This document shows positions 13,314 through 25,234 of a stretch of DNA of 64,000 nt, in pieces. The stretch lies in NCBI RefSeq assembly GCF_037042905.1, contig NC_087246.1, positions 8,620,001 to 8,684,000 on the forward strand, read 5' to 3'. The notes beneath the pieces were generated by a model that saw only the letters and a program-made list of their open reading frames with translations, was not told where the DNA came from and ran no database searches. This DNA comes from Lytechinus pictus (taxonomy: Eukaryota). The position numbers were made by a program, and so were the translations under genes. The first letter of the stretch is position 1; each line of letters starts with the position of its first letter.

Positions 13314-13474
13314 TACCATGGTCACATTTGTTCTACGGCGGCCGTACGGCGAGTCGAAAACAGCCGTTTTATTCATTTTTATTCAAATCACCTATATCTG
13401 GCTGGAAGAAAAATGTTAAAACGGCTGTTTTCGACTCGCCGTACGGCCGCCGTAGAACAAATGTGACCATGGTA
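13314..13474. mobile_element. PIF/Harbinger-like MITE with perfect 58-bp TIRs
   Basis: 13314-13371 is the exact reverse complement of 13417-13474. 3-bp TSD ATA. Confidence 0.85.
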
Positions 13475-13644
13475 ATATTGATGAAAGCTGGAACTGCCCC
13501 TGGGTATGACGAAAGAAAAGGTGACTGATGAGAATCTGGAATACTTCAAGACTCATGATCGTCGGACGTCGGTATAGTCGGCCGGTACCGATATATGTCG
13601 ATAATCAAGGGCCTCAACCCCCGAAAGGCCTAGCGACGCCCCTT

Positions 13645-13801
13645 GGGAGCGTTTCATCAACATTGTTGTCCGGCCGACAGAGTTGTCAGATCTGACTTCA
13701 TTTTGATTGGTTGAGAATTACACTGTTACTGGGGTAATTGCGGATAAAACAGGACTTGCCGGATAAAACGCCCGACAAGTCCTTTCAATGAAACGCTCTC
13801 C
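13645..13801. mobile_element. GGGAGCGTTTCAT-type MITE (relatives at ~6061-6235 and ~12608-12733)
   Basis: GGGAGCGTTTCAT...ATGAAACGCTCTCC inverted ends. Shares the GTTGTCAGATCTGAC core with the other copies. Confidence 0.6.
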
Positions 13802-14053
13802 TGCATGGGTCCCGTAACACGAAGGTTAGCGATTAATCGTACGCTTGATTTTTACGACTGATTGTACATTGTAGTCAATGTAATAAATCGTGGAAAAATG
13901 TGTCTACGATCATTGCTAAGCTTTTAGTTACTGGTCCATGGTCGCCGATATCGGTATTGAGCATCTAGCTGAAAGTGGGTGCTATAATGTAATTGTCAGA
14001 TTCATAATAGAATTCGGTAAACATGGTAAGCATCGTTTGGTTTCTTTGAAAAG

Positions 14054-14182
14054 ATGGATGACAATCGAGCTGAATCAAAACAGGATTGTTCGTTTGATGT
14101 TGGTGAGAAGAAAGCACTCCCGCCTATTCCTGGAACTCCACCCAATCAAGGAAAAGGATGCCATCGTGAGAAAGTTGAACAG
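14054..14182 (+). CDS. Orphan protein, coding exon 2 (MDDNRAESKQDCSFDVGEKKALPPIPGTPPNQGKGCHREKVEQ)
   Basis: TTTCTTTGAAAAG acceptor, 129 nt open in phase 0/0, CAG|GTGAAA donor. Not in the ORF track in this frame. Confidence 0.55.
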
Positions 14183-14835
14183 GTGAAATACATTTCAATT
14201 TGAATATGGGTCAATCCATTTGGGTTACAATATGTCCTGTATGTGACAGAGATAACTGATATTCATGTGAAATGAATCTGTTGATGCATGAGGTTAGCTA
14301 AGTTTTTGATAAATGTCAATGCGTGCGATACAGGTCTCTTACCAATTAAAGTAATCCATGTTTGAATTAGAAGTCTGGTTTGGATTTGTCTGTTGCAGTT
14401 CAAATTCATTTGATTCCCTCGGTCACATGGACTTCACATCACCGGCAATAGACTCCCATGTTTAAGTACAATTCGTGATTTTGTAAGTGAACCTTAGAGT
14501 CGGACACAAAATTTGGCTGGAGAGATAATGATTAGAAAATACTTGTCTTGTTTAAACTAGACACGCTCTTAGTTATGGTAAATCACAAATAAAATTGTCC
14601 AAACCTGCATTCTCCAAAGAAGCAGATTGGAGTTTCCTAACGGTATAATTATAATTGTTATATGGGGGGGGGGGGGGGGGGGGGGCTCGACCGATATAGA
14701 TGATGACTAAACCAGCCTTTCTCAGAGATTCCGACGCACTATTGTCCTCACGGTCCTTCCAACCACGAGACAGGACCACGTTAATCAAAATCATATCATA
14801 AAAACAGATTTTATGATTTTATGACTTTATTACAG

Positions 14836-17340
14836 AACACTCAAACCGAGATGAATGAGCCCAATTTAGTTGCAACTTCTAATAACATTACAGAAATAAT
14901 CAGGAATCATCGTGGCAATCGAAAAGATGGCCCGAATCTGTTGACGGGAAGGATATCACCGCGGAAGAAGAGGACTGGTAACCGTGTTGAACCTAACAAA
15001 AAGAAGCATCAATGTGGGTTGTACGACGCACCACCTCCCAAACCCGAACGCAGACAACTCACTGGATTCTTCCACCCAGGCCTGGCTAGTATTCAAGGAA
15101 ATATTAATACGCTCCAACATCATAGTGTAAACAGATTGCCACAGAGTGCAAGAAAATTCATGACAAAGGAGACAAAGTACAAGGTCGATACCGTGCATGG
15201 TCACCGTGTGCCAGTGACCCAAGATCTTGATTTCTGCCCAAATCGTGCACAGAAACAGAAGTGGAAACGCCGACTGTCCCCAATCAAACGGAAAGTAGTT
15301 CAATGCGAGAGAGATGCCCCAGTTAAAGAAGAACATCAACAGCTAAGTAATGAAGGAGGTGAAAACCAATCAGAAAATAACGATAAGACTGTAGACAGGT
15401 CAATGTTAAGCGGGGAACCAGATCAAATAAAGGTTATCAGTGTTGTGACACCATTGGAAGATCCACAAATTGAATGCCGTCTTGAAGATGAAGAAACGGC
15501 GATGCCATCCAATCAAGTACCAGATATGAAAGCATATCGGCAAGATGGTGACCAATGCGATAAGTCTTCAACAACTCACCCTGGTCCAATAAATTCAAAC
15601 ACTGAATATGCTGAATCCGGAAATTCTATATCTTATCCAAAGCGACCAGCTTTGATAGAAGATGCAATTCGAGAGCTTGTAAATTCAATGGTTTCTCGGA
15701 TATCACCTGAGCTGGATAACAGTGCTGACCAAAATTCTTCTCCATTGTCAGATACTTCATCTTCTGAGTATAAGCAGCTCATCTCAATAGGAATCCAAAC
15801 GAATTTGATGGATTTAGAATGCCAAGATAGAACAAAAATCTCCCTTCTCAATGACGAAAGTTGTTGTGCAGAATGTGTCACAGAACGTTCGAGTGAGGAC
15901 GTAGAGCGTTCCAGTTCACAAGAAGTTCCAGGGTCATGTTCATCACAGACTGAAGAACACCAACTTAGGTATGTTGAGAGTTATTCGGCAAGCGACAAAC
16001 CTGATTCCGATAACAACGACGATCATATTCACAACAGAGAAGAATATACGGTTCATTTATCGGTGAGCAAAGGAACCATGACTCCAACTATACTGGGATG
16101 GCAAGCCCTCGAAGATTCCCTTGGCCAAGAAAATCCCGTTAGTAACAGACCAATCACAACCCCTAGTGTGGAGGGTCAGTCATCATTGACTGCTCAGCAC
16201 ATTCTTGAAGTCCCAGGGCTGGGACGAATGAACATGCCATTTCAACATCAGCAAATAGTTCAACCTGAGATAAGTGATATGGACGTAGTGACCGAATCTG
16301 TATCAAACAGTGACGAACAGCTTCAGCGTATCCTGATAGAGGATAGCGGTGGGGACTACACACCGGCGGCTCGTACAGAGTCACGGGTGTCAATATTTAC
16401 ACTCGGTCATGGTGATCAGAGAATGGCGATCTCGTCATCACTCAGCAACATTCCATCGCCACAACTGGGCTCTGTTGTCGGCGACGAACAGGAAAATGAA
16501 TCGAGATTGATAGAAAGTCGAACTGATGCCGATCCTGCAGAAGAAAGATCCCACGAATCTAAACCTTCAAGTAGGGAAAGGCTAGAGAGAGACAGTGTCC
16601 AAGAACTGATTGACAACCTGATAGCAGAGCGTCTCAACGGCGTAGCTGAAACTCAGATGAATGATTCGGTAACTGCTGAGAAAGGAGGGAGCCCGCTAAC
16701 TGACCCAATCCAATTATTCACATTGAGGAGTAACGAACTTTCGGATCATCAGCCCGAAATATTTAGGAGAAATGACCATTCGAACGAAAGTGAAACTGAT
16801 AACTCTCTCATACAAGAAACAATTTTTACAGAATCCCAAACCGATGACGTTAAAACTCCAACCCCAACTGGAGATACGAATAAATTGTTAGAATCTGATA
16901 ATACTTATGAGGGTGAAAGCGGACAATATGTAAAGAAATTTGCAGACGATGAGCTGCAAGATGCATTTCTTGCAATGGAGGATGCTGTCTCAGCCGCCAA
17001 ACTGATCATCCGCTACTTAGGTCGTACTGATGCACGGTTAAAGGCAGCCTTGCATCGGTCAGGACCGTGTGACGGTGTCGTCGTCAACTGCCCTGCGGCA
17101 GAGCGAGTAGCAAAGGAGGCGCATGCGTTCGCAGTCAGAACGCAATCTGTGTTCATGACGTACTTCAGATTGGCCGAAGCAGAGGATACCTTCAGAGAGT
17201 TTGTCCTGAAAGAATTCCCCGGAACAGAGAAGGAGAGAAGGCAACTTAGAAGATGGTGGACTACCAACCAACCTATCATTGATGATGATAATGAAGCTGA
17301 TGACAGCAGCGATATACTGGAAGACAAACAAGAACCATAA
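14836..17340 (+). CDS. Orphan protein, large terminal exon (834 aa): basic N-part, acidic/Ser-rich disordered middle, helical C-terminal domain
   Basis: 2.5-kb ORF in AT-rich DNA. TTATTACAG acceptor in phase 0 at 14835. No family recognised. Confidence 0.85.
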   Translation, partial: NTQTEMNEPNLVATSNNITEIIRNHRGNRKDGPNLLTGRISPRKKRTGNRVEPNKKKHQCGLYDAPPPKPERRQLTGFFHPGLASIQGNINTLQHHSVNRLPQSARKFMTKETKYKVDTVHGHRVPVTQDLDFCPNRAQKQKWKRRLSPIKRKVVQCERDAPVKEEHQQLSNEGGENQSENNDKTVDRSMLSGEPDQIKVISVVTPLEDPQIECRLEDEETAMPSNQVPDMKAYRQDGDQCDKSSTTHPGPINSNTEYAESGNSISYPKRPALIEDAIRELVNSMVSRISPELDNSADQNSSPLSDTSSSEYKQLISIGIQTNLMDLECQDRTKISLLNDESCCAECVTERSSEDVERSSSQEVPGSCSSQTEEHQLRYVESYSASDKPDSDNNDDHIHNREEYTVHLSVSKGTMTPTILGWQALEDSLGQENPVSNRPITTPSVEGQSSLTAQHILEVPGLGRMNMPFQHQQIVQPEISDMDVVTESVSNSDEQLQRILIEDSGGDYTPAARTESRVSIFTLGHGDQRMAISSSLSNIPSPQLGSVVGDEQENESRLIESRTDADPAEERSHESKPSSRERLERDSVQELIDNLIAERLNGVAETQMNDSVTAEKGGSPLTDPIQLFTLRSNELSDHQPEIFRRNDHSNESETDNSLIQETIFTESQTDDVKTPTPTGDTNKLLESDNTYEGESGQYVKKFADDELQDAFLAMEDAVSAAKLIIRYLGRTDARLKAALHRSGPCDGVVVNCPAAERVAKEAHAFAVRTQSVFMTYFRLAEAEDTFREFVLKEFPGTEKERRQLRRWWTTNQPIIDDDNEADDSSDILEDKQEP

Positions 17341-17523
17341 ACTTCTTTAAAATGGGCATGCATCTTTTAGCATGTTGAGTAATTCAAACCACCAGAAACC
17401 TGAAAGAATTCATTCATCGCAAAGTAACAGTATTAAGAACAGTTTGTGGATTATTTTTGTTAATTTTGAGGGGCCACGGTTGAAGACACTATCCCTTTAG
17501 AATTTAAATTTGAAGGAAGCTGA

Positions 17524-17776
17524 AGGCTCTGTCACATCGTTCTGTGCAAGCCTTGCGTGTGACTATTTTTGCTACCCGCAGATCCAAGCGCAGATCACCC
17601 GCAGGTCGCCCGCATTGACAGTATCTCGCACGCATCTCACACGCAGATGCTCGCAGAAGCGCACGCATAAAAGTTTTGAACATGCTCAAAACTTTGTTGC
17701 GGGTGAGTTGCGGGCAAGGTCATGCACCCGCAACTCATCGACCGCAAGGCTTGCATGGAACAATGTGACAGGGCCT
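17524..17776. mobile_element. Harbinger-like MITE in the probable 3' UTR
   Basis: AGGCTCTGTCACATCGTTC...GAACAATGTGACAGGGCCT, flanked by TGA/TAA. Confidence 0.7.
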
Positions 17777-18910
17777 TAACCTGATAAACCGGACAGACCG
17801 CTTGCTTGCCCAGGCGCATGGATCAAGCGGAAGGAGGATGGGCGTATTAAAGGCCCAAGGCATGTGGCCCACCTTCCCATAGTCAAGACATGCAGTTGAC
17901 ATTGTGTTTCCTCTTTTACGAGAATGGTCGGCGGCCTTTAAAATAATATCTGCTAACTTACTTGTTATCTTAATTTTCTTCAGGGGAGGAGGGGGGGGGG
18001 GGGGTGGATGTCAGGAGAACGACCAGCTTTCTGACCTGAGCCCCTGAGATCCACCCATATGTTCTTGTGTTTGGTTTTTTATCATTGATGTATGTTGTGC
18101 TGTCTGCCGTTCTAGGTTCCATTGCTCTGCCTGTTTTTGAATTCGCTTTGATTTCAGTTGTATTTGTAATTACAACCCATCAACAAAAACAACAAAAAGA
18201 ATGATTTTAATCACAATAATAATATTTTTAATAAAATAATAATAACAATATAAGGAGAAGAAGAAGATGATGATAAATCATGGCCCAAGGCGCTACATAT
18301 AAAATGAAAATTCTGAATGAAGACAAGTGATCTAAAAATTAAATTAAATTCAATCATATGAAATTCTTTATAAACTATCTTAACATCACTAAGCGAAGTG
18401 TGCTGAATTCACTACACGGGTTTAATTATAAGTATGAAACCCTATACTTTCAATAAGTGTTTTTATTTTTATAATCATTTACTTAATCTTTTATCAATTT
18501 GTTTATTAATTTACTTAATACTCATTCATTATCATTATTGTTATCATTATTTCTTCTTTTTTATTGGGGCATTGTTTTCATGTATATTGGTGAGTTTAAT
18601 TCTTATTTTATTTATCGTGAATTTGTGACGCAATAATTGAATCAAAATTTCAAAAAGGTTGTAAAGTATATGTTCTACTTCGTGAAGGAAGATCACCATA
18701 GAAATTGAAATAAAATTAAACAATTAACGACAAATCCACCACAAGAACTACTCATACCTTTAATCTGACATGTCTGATAGACCTTCTTGATCATGTTGAT
18801 AGCAGGCCTAATAATGAAGATAGTGATGGCGATGGCATCGATGGTGTTGCTTGTAGATAAAGGTGATATTGCAATTAATGGGTTAGTAAAATAGATAATC
18901 GCCTGAAGCC

Positions 18911-19879
18911 CATAGGCGGATCCAGGGGGGGGGGGGGCGAAGGGGCCTCGGCCCCTCCTGTTGGCGGTGTAAAAAAGGAGAAAAAAGGGAGAGAGAAAAG
19001 AAGAAAAATGGGAAAGGAGAGGGGAAAAAGAAAAGGGAAATAAAAAGTCTTTCATCATGATGCCAATATATATAAAATTGTCGCTTTGTGCTTGGATTGT
19101 TTGTTCGCTGAGATACATATCTTGCTTACAGGCTGAACTTGAAATATCCAGTTTTGAAGCCAATAATAAAAGCATATTTCACTTCGGACATCGAGCTTTC
19201 ATTATTTTGTTTGATTTGAAAAAGTGCTCAGTAAAAAGTTTCGTTTGGTCTGAATATCAAAAGTTTTCAGCTCGTGCTGCGCGCTTGCATTATTTGATTA
19301 ATGAAGTTTCTATTTACTCCATGCTGTACTCCGTAAAGTTCTCAAAATATCCCTTTTCAGGTCACATCGTCAAAACTTATGAGCTAGCGCAGTGCGCTTG
19401 CCGGGGCGCTTGCATTTAGAATAGTGAGATGCATATTTAAAATCCCCTTTTTATGACAGTTTAACAAAAAAATTGGCTCGCGCTTTACGCTATCATTAAA
19501 TTGTATCAACCCATGCGATCTGTTCATGATTACAAAAAGTGCTTAAAATGTCCTATTTTCAAGCCTGATTGAACATTAAAAAATTCGATTTTCATTAGGC
19601 CTGTTTTATTAATGATATAGTAACCTTTTCACGAATTCTTAAAATCCTAAATTATCTCCTTTTTTGATATCGGAATATCAACAATAACAGCTCAGTTTTT
19701 AGACGAGGAATATGGAAAAAATGGAAAATGTGCTTAATGCCCCGTTATAATAACCTCTTTTTCAGATCGGAATATTAAAAAAGCTGTTCGCGCTTCACAC
19801 TCGATCGCACTATTCATAAGGAAGATGGGGCCTACCCATGCATCTTTGCCATGATTACAAGATGTGAAAAGAGTGTCCC
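18911..19879. mobile_element. CATAGGCGGATCC-type element with CTCGCGC tandem repeats (left part)
   Basis: Terminus CATAGGCGGATCCAG(G)n followed by the same repeat type as 1206-4754. Interrupted by a HINE. Confidence 0.5.
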
Positions 19880-19880
19880 G

Positions 19881-21056
19881 TTTTTGTCTCACCTGCGAAG
19901 CAGAGTGAGACTATAGGCGCCGCTTATCCGATGACGGCGGCGTCAACACCAAATCTTAACCGAAGGTTAAGTTTTTGAAATGACAGCATAACGTAGAAAG
20001 TATATGGACCTAGTTCATTAACTTAGCCATAAGGTTAATCAAGTATAAAGGAAAATGAAACCTTTAGATCAAGATAGCTTATGTGAAAACAGAAAAATCA
20101 AAGAAACAGATCAACAAAAGTTTGACAAAAATCTGACAAATAATGAGGAAGTTATGAGCATTTGAATATTGCGATCACTAATGCTATGGAGATCCTCCAA
20201 TTGGCAATGCGACAGAGATGTGTGATGTCACATGTGAACAACTTTCCTAGTACTTTAGTATATATTTCACTTAAACTGCCTCTTTTATCACATCTATCAG
20301 TAGATCATGTATTCTTTCTATAGGAGGGCATGTATACAATTTTCAAAGAAAACATTATGGATAAAGAGTTTGTATCACCATGAGAAAGAGCAGAAAAAGA
20401 GACATTTTGGGGGTATTTTATGGTCCACCAAAGGGAAAGTTGTTCACATGTGACATCACACATCTTTGTCGCATTGCCAAGAGGAGGATCTCTACAGCAT
20501 TAGTGATCGCAATATTCAAATGCTCATAACTTTCTCATTATTTGTCCGATTTTTCTCAAATTTTCTTTGTTCTTATTCTTCAATTTTTCTCTTTCAAAAC
20601 AAGTCCACATGTTCCAAAGGTTTCATTCCCCTTTAAGTTTTGAGTCACATAATCAAGGTCAAAGGTCATTTAGGTTCAATGAACTTAGACCATGTTGGGG
20701 AATCAACATCAAAATCTTAACCTAAGGTTAAGTTTTTGAAATGACAGCATAACGTAGAAAGTATATGGACCTAGTTCATGAAACTTAGCCATAAGATTAA
20801 TCAAGTATTACTGAAAATCCTGCCTGAGTTTCGGGTCACATGATCAAGGTCAAAGGTCATTTAGGGTCAATGAACTTTGGCCAAGTTGGGGGTATCTGTT
20901 GAATTACCATCATAACTTTGAAAGTTTATGAATCTGATTCATGAAACTTGGACATAAGAGTAATCAAGTATCACTGAACATCCTGTGCGAGTATCAAGCC
21001 ACATGATCAAGGTCAAAGTTCATTTAAGGTCAATGAACTTTGGCCATGTTGGGGGT
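19881..21056 (+). mobile_element. Helentron-associated element (HINE/DINE-1/Tsp/pearl-like) with tandem core repeats
   Basis: Inserted in a T run. 5' hairpin GTCTCACC...GTGAGAC, GGC microsatellite, repeated cores containing CAAGGTCAAAGGTCA. 3' end missing. Confidence 0.7.
20049..20632. mobile_element. Kolobok-like MITE, family A, nested in the HINE
   Basis: AGGAAAATGAAACC...GGTTTCATTCCCCT|TTAA. Close match to 61915-62497. Confidence 0.8.
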
Positions 21057-23233
21057 ATGGTATGCCCCCATGATCCTCTTGATGGACTCTTAAAGGGTAA
21101 GTCGTCCCTGACTTCATGTTAGTTGTGGTAAAAGCAGAAAATTAAATTCGTTAGAAAATAAGGCAGTTAATTAAAGGGAAGTTGTGTCATGAGGTTGGTT
21201 TTAATGAAAACAGAAAATCCAGCAAAGATTTACAGATTTTAGATTTTTTTAAGATATGGTTTTGTGACATCACATGCACTCCTGCGGCCCCCCCCAAAAA
21301 AAAAAAGGCCATGCGATATTAATGCATTAGTCATATCACCAGACACATAGCCACTTCTACAAGAAAAAAAATCAGTAATCATGAGCCATTAAAAATGAAT
21401 ATGAATTATACGGAATTTATAGCACATGACATAATTTTTTTTATAGACCTCCGTGACGTCACAAATTCAAATGTTTGAAAATTTATAACCAATTTATTCT
21501 TTGATGAATTTTCGTGAAATTCGTTTTTCAGCAGGATGGACTTTCCCTACCCTTCTTCTCTTTTTAAAACTGATTTAGTGACGTCATAATTATGCGAGCA
21601 ATTGTCTCATATACTAGGCCTATATCATGTCATATAACATCAACTAATTAAATCCCTGCATGTTTCATGGTGACTGAAAGTATGTTTCTCATATTAAAGA
21701 ATATGCAGTATATCAAACTTATATAGGAAATATATCTTGATTTCTATTTATAGAATTCCTTTTAATAGGCTTTTCATAATTATGGGGGAGCAATTCGCAT
21801 GTTACAGCACAAAATAACCCTCTGAATACAATTATCTAACTCTTAACTCTTTTACAATGCGTCCATTGGACCCTGGATAGGGCACGCCAGCAAACGAAAA
21901 CCTGATTTTTTTTTGTTTCGAGGCAATCAAAATCATTCAGCCGTTTACTATAAAAAGGCTGCAGATCATATTCGTAGCGTAGATGTGAAAGTAAGTGTAA
22001 TTGTTTTATTCAACTAGGTACCAAAACATCACGAAAAAGGGGGGAAAAGGTCCACCCCTATCAATAAGTAGATTTGAATGAACATAGAATAAAAGTGAAA
22101 TATGCATTACACTGAATTTTTCATAAAAATTAAATGTTTCAAATTAATATCTTTAAAATAAATTAAAGATGCGGAGTCTGATGTTGTGGGTAAATATATA
22201 ATTTATAAAAATGGCCGTTGGACTGATGCCTGTCTGAAGTAAACAGATAATACACAGAAAACTTTTCAGGGTCAAATGACTCACTTATGTTGATAATAAT
22301 TTTGTCCGTGTGGTGACCCTCTTAAGAAATTATGTATGTCAATTGACACACATTAGAAGAGTAAATTTACTCATTTCAATAGATAATCTGGGTCAAATGA
22401 CACGTGTACATAGGTCAATAATACACATTGAACAGGAAGTGAATCATTGGTAATTGATTGACCCATTTTTAGCGTGTCAAATTACCTACTGGAAAGACAC
22501 TTACCTATGTAGACGAGTCAGTTTACCTGCCTATGTAGGTCAAAGTACTCACCTATAGGTGAGTAATCATTAATGATTCAGGATTCGTTAATAGGATTCA
22601 GGTGAGTCAATGACTCACCATAGGTGAGTTAAATGACATATCACAGGTGAGTCCGATTGATAATCGGTCACGCATGAATGGCTTTTCTCTCCTCCATATA
22701 GCCTACGGTTTTCTTGCTCGATCTGTCTTTGATTTCCATCATCTTTGTCGGTACTAGATGTCAAATGGTATATTCTCTATATAATCATGAATAAAAAATG
22801 AACAGCTAGGGTCCAGGGAGATATTTACCTTAGGGTACTCCCAATAACCTCAATCCTTTTCAATTACAACGCTAGACCCAACAGACATAATGCGAGCGCA
22901 GAGCGCGAGTATAGTGGTTATTAGACCTAACTGTCTATTTATTCCCATCGCCTTGTTTAATTCACTTTTCCCCTCTTAATATCTTTCTTCCCTAACTCCA
23001 TTTTCCCATTTTTTTGTGTGTGCGTCGCCAGTAGAAAGAAGGGGAGTAGAGGGAACAGTGGCGGCTCCATCGCCCCCTTCCTGGATCGCCATATAGCATA
23101 TTATTTCCACTATGAATTCCCTAATTCCTCTCATTTTTTGTCATCGTCGTTCCTTTTCTATTCAGGTTCCATCCTTCCCTCACCTGACTCGTTAGTTTCT
23201 ATTTCTTTTCCCGTTACTTATCACACAGACATT

Positions 23234-23558
23234 CAGTGGCGTACCTAGGATTTTTCACAGAGGGGGGGGGGGGGGGCAAAATCGGCCGCCAAAAAAAAAA
23301 AAAGGTCTTCAATTAAAAAATAAAGGTTTTCGTACCAAATAAAAAATTGACAAGCAAAAAAAAAAAAAAAAAAAAAAAGGTCTTCAACCTCGTCGGGGGG
23401 GGGGGGGGGGCAATAAAGGTCTTCAAGCTCGTCAGGGGGGGGGGGGGCAAAAAAGAAAGGTCTTTTAAGCTCGTCAGGGGGGGCAGGTATATGTCTTTTG
23501 TATGGGTTGTGGCTCGTCAGGGGGGGGGGCAGAGTGCCCCCCCGTAGGTACGCTAGTG
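23234..23558. mobile_element. hAT-like MITE
   Basis: CAGTGGCGTACCTA...TAGGTACGCTAGTG with flanks CAGACATT / CAGACATC (8 bp, one mismatch). Internal AAGGTCTTCAAGCTCGTCAG(G)n repeats. Confidence 0.75.
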
Positions 23559-25145
23559 CAGACATCTCTTAGTATTATCTTCGATCATCTCCTTATTCCT
23601 AATTGGTTTATATGATGATTTTGATTACTTCATTTCAGTTGGGTTCTTCTATTTTCTTTAATTTCATTAATTGGTTAGCTTTAACCGTTCCTAAAATACA
23701 ACTAATCTCGATTCCTATATTCTTTCTTTTCTTTCTGTTATATTCCCTCACCTTTCATTCCATATATCTAAACAGTAAAACATGTGATTTTTCTGTTGTT
23801 GCTTTTTGTTTTTATCACAATGTATGTAGTGATAGATGACCAACTGCTGATGCGGTATGTCTTCTGCTTGTTTTTTTTTTATTCCCAAATTAAATTCATT
23901 AGTATTGTTTAATACACTGCCTTATGTTTTAACAGTCATTCATAAATTTTTAATGTTTTTTTTTATAATAATGACAGCGCCCTGAGGAAGACCAGCTTTC
24001 ATGTATTTCGCATATTTATATATTTATCTTCCCACTAATTGTATCTTCTCGTAGGCCTAACATATTCTCGTATTTTTACCTTTTTGTTTGTTCTTGGTTT
24101 TTTTCTGTATCTCATAATGTCATGTTTCTACGTTTTTTTTTATATTGTATATTTTTTTTAATTCTGATCAGGCCACTCTTTTTGAAAATTCGAGAATAAA
24201 TAAATAAACAAATAAAATGTTTGGTGTCGAGTTCCTGAGTTAAGCTGTTTTTAACTGATTATTATTTTATTCTCATCAAGTAGGTGTTTAGTTACAAACT
24301 CTACATTTTGTACAGAAAAAAATAACAAGCCCCCTCCCCAAAAAGGGTGAAGTATGAACGACATTTCCCCCTTGCTTTAATTGCGCTGTGACTCTCAAGG
24401 GGGGGGGGGGGAGCTCGTATACCTGGATCCGCCACTGTTGGCGGATCTCGGCCTTCCATCTTTACTTATTTTTCTATCGGATCCCCCATCCCCCTTTTTG
24501 GGGCGGATCCAGGAATTTCAAGGGAGAGGGGGCGGGGGCATTACTGTACAAAAAAACTTTGATGTCAGGAATAATTCGAAAAACAAAAACAGAAAAAGGA
24601 TCACTACAAAATGGAGGCAATTAATTTTGTTACAAGAAAAAATGACAAGCAAAAAAAAAAATGAATAGGGGTCTCTCTTTAGTATGAATGACATATTCAT
24701 CTTAAAAGTATTTGCTATGACTCTCAAGGGGATGTGCCCCCACCATAGAGATGTATACTAATAACGTCTCTATGGCCCCCACCAAGAGCAGCATAATCGG
24801 GGCTTAATTTTTTTCTTGTTAGTACATGTATACCATAGTGGGACGGTAACAAACGGTTTATTACAAACCGGTTGCCGGTACGGTATCCAATCCGACATCT
24901 TACAAGTAGATCCTATGCCAGAAGACTGGAATTCCTGTACCGGTAAGTTACATTTGATGTTTGTTTTTTCGTAAGTTTGTACATATTCGTAACAAGTTGG
25001 CTCTATTTCTATAAATCTAGATGGTTTTTTTATGGGTACAGGTCTGTGATTACACAAGTATTATTCTATAATACATGCAAAATTAATAAAACCGGTATAC
25101 TTTTGGCCCGGAGCGTCGGCCCCTGTGATTTGTGAATGATGCTTA

Positions 25146-25234
25146 GGCTTAGCTTAGCCGCCTAACCCAGGCCAGGGAGCTCCGACCCGCGAAGCGAAGC
25201 GAAGCGGGCCGGAGCTCTCAGGGTTATGTTAGCC
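25146..25234. mobile_element. 89-bp hairpin mini-MITE (MULE-like)
   Basis: GGCT...AGCC palindrome with a (GCGAA)3 loop. 9-bp flanks TGATGCTTA / TGATGCTGA. Confidence 0.55.

Noticed and set aside
14561..14643. Open stretch HALSYGKSQIKLSKPAFSKEADWSFLT as an extra exon
   Set aside because: Needs a phase-2 upstream partner that was not found, and the donor (GTATAA) is weak.
14821..14835. ORF-track start MTLLQ
   Set aside because: Overlaps a TTATTACAG acceptor; upstream in-phase exons explain the N-terminus better.
14956..17363. Antisense ORFs over the large exon
   Set aside because: Expected shadow ORFs of a coding exon; no independent features.
22270..22670. Cluster of TGACTCA/GTGAGT motifs as an AP-1 enhancer
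   Set aside because: Part of a degenerate short tandem array, probably transposon subterminal repeats.
23978..24000. CCCTGAGGAAGACC, resembling the first half of a hammerhead
   Set aside because: No closing stem II or GAAA box follows.
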